From a bacterium (GTDB lineage Bacteria > Bacteroidota > Ignavibacteria > Palsa-1295): a DNA stretch of 64,000 nt. Under the pieces are notes generated by a model. It was not told the origin of the DNA. It saw only the letters and a list, made by a program, of their open reading frames with translations, and did no database searches. This document shows positions 8,114 to 17,796 of the stretch, one piece after another (position 1 is the stretch's first letter; each line of letters begins with the position of its first letter). A program made the translations under genes and the position numbers. The stretch covers positions 25,326 to 89,325 of the forward strand of contig JBAWZA010000010.1 of the NCBI GenBank assembly GCA_037143335.1, read 5' to 3'.

Positions 8114-9994
8114 CTATTTTACGACGACGATATTTCCTGTCGTGCGAGTATCACCGATAGTGAGTTCGTAGAGGTAAACTCCTGCAGGCTTATTCCCAGT
8201 TTCCCAAGTGATGTCGTATGCTTTCGGTGCCAAGTTACCGAGGTTGATTGAGGTCTCTACTTTGCCGGTCACATCATAGATCTTGAGCTGTGCAACTGCC
8301 GATTTGCGCAAAGTGAAGTTCACGTGAGCCTCATTCCGAGTTGGGTTCGGTGTGACTGAGAGATTGAAAGTGCTCGTGTTCGAACTTGCAACGCCCGAAG
8401 CTCCCGCCGTGAATTTTCTCCCTACACTTGGTGCGCTGAATCCGTTATCATTTTCAGCGCGAACTCTCCAGAAATATGTGGCGCCTGCCTCTAAGTCCGT
8501 AGCAGAGATTGAGAACTCATTCGTAAATATCGTATCACTACGAAAGGTTGTTGCAAAGGTATTATCCTTCGTGACTTCGATCCAATAGTCATTTGCTTGC
8601 GGAGTTGTTTCAACCCATTTAAGGTCGGCATCGGCAGTTCCGATGTTTGCTCCGTCAGCAGGGCTTGTGAGAACTGGTGCTTTGAGCGGTAAGCCGATAG
8701 AGAATGAGAACGTTGCTGAATACTGTCCCCAACCAATAGCATTCTTTGCGCGCACCTTCCAGTAATAGGTGGTACCATCTGTAAGTGTCTTCAATAATTT
8801 CGTCCCACCAGTGAGTGTAGAATCTTTGACAAGAGGTTTCGAGAAATCATTGCTTGTCGAGACTAATAATTGATACTTTGTCGTGCCAGCAATTTTCCCC
8901 CAAGTAATTGTCGCGGTATCAGCATGGACTACTGTATCCGAAATTGGGTATATACCAATCGGCTGATCAGGGAATCCAGTAGAACCTTGAATGAAGTCGA
9001 CTTTCACGTTGAATTGATCAATGGATGCTTGGTGCACAATATCAGCAGTTAACGGACCACCGGATGCGGTGACAGTTACTGTTCCTTCGCCAACGGTAAC
9101 AGGAATTGCATACCCACCAGAGGTTGAGCTAACCGCAGTCCAGCCATTTGATGCAGTAATCGTCACTCCGGGAAGTCCTTCGCCGACATCATAAAAATTA
9201 TTGTGATTATCATCACCATAGACGACGCCTGTGATGAAGATATTTCCTGGGATCGTGCCGAAGTCCTCAGTGGTGATAATTGGACCAACATTGCCATTAC
9301 CTGAGCCGCCATGAATAATACCAATTCCAATTTCAGCGTATGTATAGGTGCCGAAATTAATAAGATTTTCTCTGTGACCTAAACCAGGATTGCCGAAATC
9401 ATATTCGAACTCCATATTGATCTCGTCCAGATCACTACCATACGCAAAAATATTTTCACCTGCATACGTGTAATTAGTATATCCTGCTTTTTGCATCCGT
9501 GTAAAAGGTGACGAGCCATCAGTTGGGGAGTCATGCGCTTGATAGTTATGGTCAAGCATATCCTGACTATGAATTCGTGCGGCGGCAATAATATTTTTAT
9601 TAAACGCAAGTGGTTGTCGTGCAGGATAGCCTGCGAACGCACTTTTTACATCAGCGCGAGTAGGTGAGCCCCATTGCTGGAGCGAGTTGACTAAGTATGG
9701 ATTCTGAGTGTTGAATAACAACAATCCCTCTGCAGGGGGATTGGAGCGGGCTCTATTTATTAGCTCAAGCTCATACTGCTCTTCGGCAGTAGGATCGCCA
9801 TGATCATAGACGTCTAACTGGCCGAGTGGTTTGGTGTTGTGCTTAGCAGAAGTGGGGAAGCCTTTTGCAGTGACGGCAGGAACGAGTTTAGGATGTCGTA
9901 AGGCATCCTGAGTTTGTGCATGAGAGCTTGTAACGGCAAAAGCACCGCAAGCAATGACCGTAAGGAGTAATTTCGAGAAACGCATTGTAATCAT
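8114..9994 (-). CDS. secreted CAP/SCP (PR-1-like) domain protein with Fn3-like repeats and T9SS C-terminal sorting domain
   Basis: Signal peptide. CAP motifs HNYQAHDSP...GENIFAYG...GHRENL. C-terminal YLYELTIGDTRTTGNIVVVK. Start may be the MRFSKLL Met at about 9985. Confidence 0.6.
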   Translation of the reverse strand: MITMRFSKLLLTVIACGAFAVTSSHAQTQDALRHPKLVPAVTAKGFPTSAKHNTKPLGQLDVYDHGDPTAEEQYELELINRARSNPPAEGLLLFNTQNPYLVNSLQQWGSPTRADVKSAFAGYPARQPLAFNKNIIAAARIHSQDMLDHNYQAHDSPTDGSSPFTRMQKAGYTNYTYAGENIFAYGSDLDEINMEFEYDFGNPGLGHRENLINFGTYTYAEIGIGIIHGGSGNGNVGPIITTEDFGTIPGNIFITGVVYGDDNHNNFYDVGEGLPGVTITASNGWTAVSSTSGGYAIPVTVGEGTVTVTASGGPLTADIVHQASIDQFNVKVDFIQGSTGFPDQPIGIYPISDTVVHADTATITWGKIAGTTKYQLLVSTSNDFSKPLVKDSTLTGGTKLLKTLTDGTTYYWKVRAKNAIGWGQYSATFSFSIGLPLKAPVLTSPADGANIGTADADLKWVETTPQANDYWIEVTKDNTFATTFRSDTIFTNEFSISATDLEAGATYFWRVRAENDNGFSAPSVGRKFTAGASGVASSNTSTFNLSVTPNPTRNEAHVNFTLRKSAVAQLKIYDVTGKVETSINLGNLAPKAYDITWETGNKPAGVYLYELTIGDTRTTGNIVVVK

Positions 9995-10183
9995 TGTTCG
10001 AATAAATATCTGTATGAGTTTAGGAACTGATTATAACTCCGATACACACTATTTTGTTCAAATCCGAATGGGTATATTTTGCGTATAAAATTCCTGTATG
10101 CACCTCGTCGTTGTAACTTTTCAGCGTATATTCAGTTTATATAGAGAGCTAAACTTAGAACCAGCTTGTTTAAATTATTGCTA

Positions 10184-13100
10184 ATGAAGCTTAGTCTCCA
10201 GAAAGCATTTTATCTCCTCGCAACTTCGGTTGTCCTCCTTACCTCGACTCCTCTACTTGCTAAGTGGGACACAGTATTCGTCTGTCATTTTGGAGGCTTG
10301 TCCTCTGGTCCAAGGCGTGCCGTGACATGCGGATTTTTTTTCAATGAATTTCAAGGGATAATCGCATCGACAGGTGATGCCGGAATTTTCAAGACCCGCG
10401 ACGGAGGAAAAACTTGGAAACGAGCGAATACTCCTGCCACCTATGTCGGAGATTATACCTCCATATTCATGAAGGATACTCTCAATGGTTGGGCTACTAT
10501 TGAGGAGCCAGCGTTCAATCACGGAGGCGTTGCACAGCAATGTATTTTTCAGACAATTGATGGCGGTCTGAATTGGTCTGCCATTGGACCGAAAAATGAC
10601 TATGCCTGTATTTATCAAACTACGGGCACGCTTGTCGCCACGAGTAGAAACAAAACGAAAAGTGGCACGATTTCACCAGATAATGCTGCCTCATTCCAGC
10701 AAGGGATGCTCGTTGCTACGAACGGAGTTACATTCGTTGATGACCTCAATGGTGTCGCAACAGGATTTGAAAATACGTCGTGGAAACGAACAGTAGATGG
10801 TGGGAGGAACTGGATACCCATTGTGCCTCAAATTGCGATAGAAAGTTGGGGAGTCTATGGCGTCAAGAATACACCCATTTTTTATGCCGCACCCGAAACA
10901 GATCATAATAATCAGTCGAGCGGTGGTTTCAGTTCGGTTTACCGTTCATCCGATTATGGCGCTACGTGGTCTGCTGGGATTCCTCTGACATTTTATACTA
11001 CAGGTCATATCTCTGGGTTCAAGGATGCACATCTCTATATTCAGTTTGAAGATGACAATGCAAATCAAGCGCTGAATTTTGGAATGTTCCGTTCGGATGA
11101 TCAAGGCAACAACTGGATTCCAGTAGGAGGACCAAAACACATTAACGACAAGCGCTTTGTCGTCACGGGCTGTAACGGAGGTGTCGTTTATGCTTTCGAA
11201 AAAAATGGCAATGTCCTCAAAACGCGTGATGGTGGAGATGGCGGGGTGTATGAGCCACCCGTTGAACCACTCATTTATGGCAACCCAGTAGTATTTCAAG
11301 GACCTATTTGTTCGACAAGTGCTGCGACGTTAGAGATCGAAAATTTATTTTGCGGAGACGACTCGATTCTCTCAGCAATTGTGCTTGACTCCAATTCTGC
11401 ACTGATTTCAAGTGGAGCATTAAAGATTTCCACACAGCCTACATTCCCACTTTTTCTTGCATCAGGTGCGAAGGACTCCATCCGCTTTACCTGGGAGCCT
11501 TTGAAATTATTTCATACTGATACGACTGTTTATGTCCGTGTGAAGGTAACGTATTATTCTAAGGTACTGGGCGCGTCGTTCGATACTATTCTTACACTTT
11601 CTCTTCATGCGATTGGCGATACTCCGAATGCAGCCGTAAGCCCATCGCAAATAAATCTGGGGGATTTATCGTATTGCAATCCAGCTGATACTTCTTTCTG
11701 GATAAAAAACATCGGGTGCGATACTTTATATCTTACTGCGACAAGTACTACTGGCTCTTTACCCTATCAATTGTTGGATGCATCTGGCTTGCCTATAAAA
11801 CTTCCGATCATCATCAAGTCTGGTGATTCTACACGGATATTCATGCGAGTCTCATTGGCGGGTACTGGCACGTATTCGTCAACGCTAAAAATTTCACTGC
11901 GCCATCAAGGGATTTATCGTGATACTTCGGTTGCCATCTCGGCAGTGGGAGTTTCGGCTCAGGCGAAGTTCACGCTAAACCCGCCGCGTGACACACTCTT
12001 CGATATTTCGATGACACGTTGTGATTCGCCGAAAACATTTAAGCTAGTAATTTCCAATCCGGGTTGCGAAAATATCAAAGTGCTAAGCGCAACGTTAGTT
12101 GGGGATTCGGCTCCGAACATTTCTCTTCTGAATAGCACCCAACTCCCGGCGGATGTTAACTCTACGAGCACCACTACAAGGAGCTTCTCGGTTACTCTAG
12201 AAGCATCTGCAAAACAACTTGGGATGTACTCAGGCAGCCTAAAGATTACATACCAACTTCCCAATAGACCTGCTCGGGATACAGTAGTGCATTATTTTCT
12301 ACGAGTGAACTATGGATCCCGTATCCTTTCGGCCTCTGTTGATACGATTGACCTCGGCTCGATGAAATTATGCGACACCCGTGATTCATTTATTATTATA
12401 AAAAATATCGGCTGCGATACGATGCAGATTATCTCTGAAGTCATTTCAGGAAATGGAAATTTTACGCTCACTTCGAATCCACTTCCATACCTGATTGAGA
12501 ATGCGTTCGACAAAATAAAATTTCACTTCGAACCTGTAGGAGCAGGTTTGATAAAGGGGGCATTAACGGTATCAACTGTATCAGACTCTCTCCCGATACG
12601 CAAAGTATTTATCGTTGTACATGTGATTCCGACAGATACAATTGCTTTTGATATGCTCCCAACGCGTTCTACGTTTTACGCGGGTGATACACTCACTGTT
12701 CGCCTAATTCCTCGGGATAGTATTTTTGGAAGGGGATTATTACGGTTAGGGTTTGACATCAATTACAACGGCGATTTAGTCACTTTACTCGACCCACCAA
12801 CTGGTGGGAAGTCGGACTACGGCATCCTAATACAAGCGCCTTCCTTCGGCACACCGAAGCATACCACGACAAGAATAGACTTGATCGGAAATCCGACTCT
12901 CGAATTGCCGAAAGGACAGTCTGCGGCGGAGTTCAGATTTTATGTCAGACTCTCGGATTCGATTACGACGGAATTTGCACTCTCGAATATTGAGCTTAAC
13001 GGTAATGACAAAATATACCAACGTTGTAATCTCGGCATTTTTTCCAACAGCCTCGTTTATCAAATCGGTTATCATTGTGGTGATTCATTGCTTGTAAGGT

Positions 13101-13405
13101 TGATGCAACTCGGCGACTCACTACACATTTTTGCGACAGCTATCTACCCGAATCCGCTAACGGAGCTAAATAATTACCGATCGCAACTTAATGTCAAGAC
13201 TTCCAAATCGGGGAATTATGAAGTTCGTGTCTATGACGGAATTGGTCAACAGGTGTACACTCATTCAATTCAAACCGATACGCCCGGGACTTACTCACTT
13301 CTCATAAATGGAAAAGACTTTGCCTCGGGACTTTATTCATACATTCTCTTTGACTCAGGTCATCCAGTTGCCACTGCCCGGGGTAGATTTGTTGTTGCGA
13401 AGTAA
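10184..13405 (+). CDS. large secreted BNR/Ycf48-like beta-propeller protein with Ig-like (N-x-G-C-D-x-L) domains and T9SS CTD
   Basis: BNR-like repeats TRDGGKTW, TIDGGLNWS, TVDGGRNW, SSDYGATWS, RSDDQGNNW. Repeated NIGCDTLYL/NPGCENIKVL/NIGCDTMQI modules. C-terminal GLYSYILFDSG...RFVVAK. ATG at 10184 gives a clean signal peptide (ORF-track TTG at 10166). Confidence 0.6.
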   Translation: MKLSLQKAFYLLATSVVLLTSTPLLAKWDTVFVCHFGGLSSGPRRAVTCGFFFNEFQGIIASTGDAGIFKTRDGGKTWKRANTPATYVGDYTSIFMKDTLNGWATIEEPAFNHGGVAQQCIFQTIDGGLNWSAIGPKNDYACIYQTTGTLVATSRNKTKSGTISPDNAASFQQGMLVATNGVTFVDDLNGVATGFENTSWKRTVDGGRNWIPIVPQIAIESWGVYGVKNTPIFYAAPETDHNNQSSGGFSSVYRSSDYGATWSAGIPLTFYTTGHISGFKDAHLYIQFEDDNANQALNFGMFRSDDQGNNWIPVGGPKHINDKRFVVTGCNGGVVYAFEKNGNVLKTRDGGDGGVYEPPVEPLIYGNPVVFQGPICSTSAATLEIENLFCGDDSILSAIVLDSNSALISSGALKISTQPTFPLFLASGAKDSIRFTWEPLKLFHTDTTVYVRVKVTYYSKVLGASFDTILTLSLHAIGDTPNAAVSPSQINLGDLSYCNPADTSFWIKNIGCDTLYLTATSTTGSLPYQLLDASGLPIKLPIIIKSGDSTRIFMRVSLAGTGTYSSTLKISLRHQGIYRDTSVAISAVGVSAQAKFTLNPPRDTLFDISMTRCDSPKTFKLVISNPGCENIKVLSATLVGDSAPNISLLNSTQLPADVNSTSTTTRSFSVTLEASAKQLGMYSGSLKITYQLPNRPARDTVVHYFLRVNYGSRILSASVDTIDLGSMKLCDTRDSFIIIKNIGCDTMQIISEVISGNGNFTLTSNPLPYLIENAFDKIKFHFEPVGAGLIKGALTVSTVSDSLPIRKVFIVVHVIPTDTIAFDMLPTRSTFYAGDTLTVRLIPRDSIFGRGLLRLGFDINYNGDLVTLLDPPTGGKSDYGILIQAPSFGTPKHTTTRIDLIGNPTLELPKGQSAAEFRFYVRLSDSITTEFALSNIELNGNDKIYQRCNLGIFSNSLVYQIGYHCGDSLLVRLMQLGDSLHIFATAIYPNPLTELNNYRSQLNVKTSKSGNYEVRVYDGIGQQVYTHSIQTDTPGTYSLLINGKDFASGLYSYILFDSGHPVATARGRFVVAK

Positions 13406-13506
13406 CGATGTAGTGAAGTCTGATCAAGACAAGCTTTTGTCATCCAACACTCCGCGGATGCTACCATTTCTCCAAGCCTGTGTTCTTAAACAAGTATATG
13501 AATTGT

Positions 13507-15120
13507 ATGAAATATATCATTATCGTAGTATGTCTCCACTTGAGTAGCACTGTCGCGCTTTCCCAAAATTGGGAATTTGCACGGTCATTCGACGGTGCTG
13601 GCACTTCAAGTAATCCTGCGCTCTCGATAGATAAGGATGGCAATTCCTTCGTCCTTGGGACATTCACGGGTAATTTGATCCTTGACACTATCTCCATTAA
13701 AGGCGATAGTAGTAGAAAAGTATTCCTCGCGAAATTTAATACTGGAGGAAGAGTTGTCTGGGCCGAGCTAATCGCTTCTCCAATAAATCCTGTAGTTGAT
13801 ATCATAAATGCAAATGCGATTTGTGTTGATAATCTCGGAGATGTTTTTATTACGGGTAACTATTTGGGAAGTGCTTTATTTTTTGGAATGAGCCATACAA
13901 CTATCGCCGCATCAGAAATATTCACTGCAAAATTATCCTCAACAACCGGTGAACTAGTATGGATAAAGACCGCTGGTGGTTATGGTGTAGGGACCTATAA
14001 CCAGAATGAGGCTTTTGCAATCAGCGCCGACCAAGCTGGAAACTGTATTCTTACAGGTAGATATTTCAAGACTGGTACATTCGATTCCATCACGATTAGT
14101 TCGGATTTACCCCATGAACTATTCGTAGCAAAATATAATAGCACCGGAGACATTGTGTGGGTGCGAAGCGGAGGCGGCGATTTCGGGATACATACGGGAT
14201 ACAGTATTGTAATCGATGCCGTAGATAATATTTTTGTTGCAGGCGATTTTTTTGGACATCTGGTGATTGACGGTAAATTGATTGATGCCGTTGACGCCGA
14301 GCAAAAAATATTTCTCTGGAAAATCTCACCCGCCGGAATCACAGTATGGGCAGAAGAAGTTGGTACTGGCGGGTATTACGGAATCTCATCCGGAATAGCC
14401 CTTGACACTGCGGGAAATCCATGCATTGCTGGATTTTTCCGTTCGACAATCGATTTTGGCTCTAAACAGCTAACCTATGACGGGGCGACTATTTCCTATG
14501 CTTTACTCGTATCCAAATTCGATTCGGAAGGAAAATTTCAGTGGGCTGTTAGCTCAGAAGGGGTTGACCAAAATACGAGAGGCAATGCGATCTGCTCAGA
14601 CTCGAAAGGTAACTTCTATCTAGGTGGTAGTTTCATGACGAAAACAACGTTTGGAAAGACAACACTTCTGCCAGATAACGGACTCTCAACATTCCTCGCC
14701 AAACTTGATGTAAACGGAAAATTTTTGTGGACGATACAAGCAAGGGGAAATGGAAGTAACGAGTGCCGAAGTGTAGGGCTTTTGCCAGATAATACTCTCA
14801 ATCTCCTTGGCCTATTCAGCGACACAATTCTTTGTGGATCACAGCAGATGACGAGTCTCGGTACGAAAAATATATTTCTTGCCCATGTTACCAACTCCAA
14901 AGAGAGAGTAAAGTCAGGTGATGATAAAGGTGCGGAGGAAAATTGTTATCCCATCCCGGCAAGTAACAGAATTCATTTTGACCGATCAGATGCCATTTCA
15001 CTCACTAACTTGCAAGGGAATTTCGTCATGACATGTAAAGATTGCTCGGAGCTAAATATAGAAGCCATCATTCCCGGTGTCTATTTCTTGAACCACCAAA
15101 AGATCGTGATTTGTAGATAA
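13507..15120 (+). CDS. secreted SBBP-type beta-propeller repeat protein
   Basis: Signal peptide MKYIIIVVCLHLSSTVALSQ. Repeated motifs of the form GN-F/I-x-TG/AG-x-F-x-G (SBBP-like). Confidence 0.5.
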   Translation: MKYIIIVVCLHLSSTVALSQNWEFARSFDGAGTSSNPALSIDKDGNSFVLGTFTGNLILDTISIKGDSSRKVFLAKFNTGGRVVWAELIASPINPVVDIINANAICVDNLGDVFITGNYLGSALFFGMSHTTIAASEIFTAKLSSTTGELVWIKTAGGYGVGTYNQNEAFAISADQAGNCILTGRYFKTGTFDSITISSDLPHELFVAKYNSTGDIVWVRSGGGDFGIHTGYSIVIDAVDNIFVAGDFFGHLVIDGKLIDAVDAEQKIFLWKISPAGITVWAEEVGTGGYYGISSGIALDTAGNPCIAGFFRSTIDFGSKQLTYDGATISYALLVSKFDSEGKFQWAVSSEGVDQNTRGNAICSDSKGNFYLGGSFMTKTTFGKTTLLPDNGLSTFLAKLDVNGKFLWTIQARGNGSNECRSVGLLPDNTLNLLGLFSDTILCGSQQMTSLGTKNIFLAHVTNSKERVKSGDDKGAEENCYPIPASNRIHFDRSDAISLTNLQGNFVMTCKDCSELNIEAIIPGVYFLNHQKIVICR

Positions 15121-15259
15121 TTCAATCACACAGGTCATCCTTTATCACTCCCGAACCCCTTTTTCTTCTTTCTTGTTAACACTCGGCTATCAATATAGCG
15201 AATCGTAACTTACATTTTATTGACGGACGGATTCGTCCAAATATCAGAAGTATATTATC

Positions 15260-17164
15260 ATGGCAAATGAAGCAGGTGTGGAAACAGCAGTAAACGGACA
15301 AAATGGACATGCAATGCCCGAGTCTATCGGTCAACGCCCAAAGGTACCGATCGAGATTCGTGAAGACGTAACGATACGATTCGCCGGCGATTCGGGAGAT
15401 GGTATGCAGCTTACAGGTACGCAGTTCACGAATACCACGGCACTTGTCGGTAACGATCTTTCTACTCTGCCCGATTATCCTGCTGAGATTCGCGCTCCTA
15501 TCGGTACTCTCTACGGAGTATCCGGATTCCAAATCCATTTCTCATCGAAAGATATTCATACGCCTGGCGACAATCCAGACGTTCTTGTCGCTATGAACCC
15601 AGCGGCGCTGAAAGTTAATCTTCGCGATCTCAAAAAAGGTGGCGTCATCATCGTAAACGAAAACGCATTCGATGAAAAAAATCTGAAGCTTGCTCACTAT
15701 GAAAAAAATCCACTTGAAGACGATACACTGAGCGGCTACCAAGTCTATAAATTCCCACTCACCAAGATCACTCTCGATGCGGTGAAGGATTTGAAGATGG
15801 GATCAAAAGATGGTGCACGTTCCAAGAACATGGTCGCTCTTGGACTTGTCTATTGGCTCTATAACAGACCTCTCGATCAAACTGAACAATGGCTTAAAGA
15901 GAAGTTCGGCAAGAACGAACAAGTGTATGAAGCCAACCTTCGTGCACTCAAAGCTGGATACTATCTGGGTGAGACAGCAGAATTATTTTCTGCTCGTTAC
16001 GAAGTGAAGCCAGCGAAGTTCACTCCCGGCAAATACCGTGGCATTATGGGTAACGAGGCAACGGCTCTTGGTTTGGTTGCCGCCTCTGTAAAATCTGGAT
16101 TGCAATTGTTTTTAGGCTCATATCCTATCACTCCAGCATCAGATATTTTGCACGAACTGTCGAAGTATAAAAACTTTGGAGTAAAGACTTTCCAAGCAGA
16201 AGATGAAATTGCAGGTATATGCTCTGCAATTGGTGCTTCTTATGCAGGAGCGCTTGCTCTGACAACGACATCAGGACCGGGACTTGCACTCAAAGCCGAA
16301 GCCTTGGGACTTGCTGTCATGACTGAGCTTCCGCTCCTCGTGATTGACGTTCAACGTGGCGGACCCTCAACTGGTTTGCCGACGAAAACAGAGCAAGCAG
16401 ATTTGATGCAAGCAATGTACGGCCGTAACGGCGAATGTCCCGTTGCCGTTATTGCCGCAAAGAGTCCCACAGATTGTTTTGATAGTGCGTTTGAGGCTTG
16501 TTCGATTGCACTTAAATATATGGTACCTGTCATTTTGCTGACAGACGGCTACATAGCAAATGGAGCTGAGCCTTGGCTCATTCCAGATGTTGATGCGCTT
16601 CCCGAGATTAAGACCAAACAATTAAAGAAAGCCACAGAAGGCAAGCCTTTCATGCCTTATGAGCGTGATGAAGATAACGCACGACCGTGGGCGATTCCAG
16701 GAATCGAAGGCTTGGAACATCGCATTGGCGGACTCGAAAAGCAACACATCACTGGCAATGTGAACTACGAGCCACAGAATCACGACTTCATGGTTCGTTT
16801 GCGTCAGCAGAAGGTTGATGGAATCCAAAAGGATATTGCTCAGACAGAATTACACGGACCAAAGAAGGGCAAGATTCTGCTCCTCAGTTGGGGTGGTACC
16901 TATGGCGCAGTTCTTTCGGCTCAAGAGCAGCTCGAAAGTCGTGGCGTATCAATGGCACACTTGCGTTGGATGAACCCACTACCTGCTGATCTTGGTGAAA
17001 TTCTGAAAAATTACGAAAAGGTGATTATTCCCGAATTAAATCTCGGACAGCTTCGCAGAATTATTCGCGATACATATTTAATTGATGCTATTGGAATTAA
17101 TAAGGTGGAAGGACTTCCGTTCACTCCGCACGAAGTCATCGAAAAGGTAGAGCAATACCTTTAG
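15260..17164 (+). CDS. korA: 2-oxoglutarate:ferredoxin oxidoreductase subunit alpha (fused gamma+alpha type)
   Basis: 634 aa. Contains DYPAEIRAPIGTLYGVSGFQIHF (gamma-like domain), then GNEATALGLVAA and an alpha core. No korB follows. Confidence 0.8.
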   Translation: MANEAGVETAVNGQNGHAMPESIGQRPKVPIEIREDVTIRFAGDSGDGMQLTGTQFTNTTALVGNDLSTLPDYPAEIRAPIGTLYGVSGFQIHFSSKDIHTPGDNPDVLVAMNPAALKVNLRDLKKGGVIIVNENAFDEKNLKLAHYEKNPLEDDTLSGYQVYKFPLTKITLDAVKDLKMGSKDGARSKNMVALGLVYWLYNRPLDQTEQWLKEKFGKNEQVYEANLRALKAGYYLGETAELFSARYEVKPAKFTPGKYRGIMGNEATALGLVAASVKSGLQLFLGSYPITPASDILHELSKYKNFGVKTFQAEDEIAGICSAIGASYAGALALTTTSGPGLALKAEALGLAVMTELPLLVIDVQRGGPSTGLPTKTEQADLMQAMYGRNGECPVAVIAAKSPTDCFDSAFEACSIALKYMVPVILLTDGYIANGAEPWLIPDVDALPEIKTKQLKKATEGKPFMPYERDEDNARPWAIPGIEGLEHRIGGLEKQHITGNVNYEPQNHDFMVRLRQQKVDGIQKDIAQTELHGPKKGKILLLSWGGTYGAVLSAQEQLESRGVSMAHLRWMNPLPADLGEILKNYEKVIIPELNLGQLRRIIRDTYLIDAIGINKVEGLPFTPHEVIEKVEQYL

Positions 17165-17171
17165 TCACACG

Positions 17172-17756
17172 TTAGGGAATTCTGTTGAAGACGCTTAAGA
17201 ATACGTCTTTAGTTTGCGCGCCTATTAATTTCTGTGCGATGTGACCAGACCGGTCAATTGCGAATGACCACGGTACTTCTGTGCCTGTACCACCATAGTT
17301 TGCATATAGGTAAGAATTCGGGTCCGTTACCATTTGGAATTTCAGCTGTCGGGATTCGGCATAAAGTTTTGCTCGATCAAAGAGAGATGATTTAAAGTCA
17401 AGCGTACAAATACCGATCACAGTTACGTCCTTGGTGTCAGCAACGGCCTGAAGGTCCTTCATTTCAGATTCGCAGGGCACACACCAAATTGCCCAGAAGT
17501 TGAGCAATACCTTTTTGCCACGTAAGCTATCAAGTGATTGTGTTACACCTAAAGAATCCTTCCAGATTATATTCGATACAAGGTATGCACCAGTGTTATC
17601 TTTAGCGATCTTCGAGCCTTTTCCGTAGAGAGCGGAAATATTATTCTTGTACTGAAGTACCGTGTCAGGATCGTTGGTATTAATATCGGTAACTGCATCA
17701 GGCACACACCCTGTGTAAAGAAAGACAAAAAGTAGTATGGCGGGAATGAATCGCAT
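17172..17756 (-). CDS. TlpA/ResA-like thiol:disulfide oxidoreductase lipoprotein (thioredoxin fold)
   Basis: Lipobox LYTGC. Active site WAIWCVPCESE. AhpC/TSA-Redoxin-like. Confidence 0.65.
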   Translation of the reverse strand: MRFIPAILLFVFLYTGCVPDAVTDINTNDPDTVLQYKNNISALYGKGSKIAKDNTGAYLVSNIIWKDSLGVTQSLDSLRGKKVLLNFWAIWCVPCESEMKDLQAVADTKDVTVIGICTLDFKSSLFDRAKLYAESRQLKFQMVTDPNSYLYANYGGTGTEVPWSFAIDRSGHIAQKLIGAQTKDVFLSVFNRIP

Positions 17757-17796
17757 GTATTGTAAAGTGTAGGTGTGGGGAACAAGTTCCGAGACC

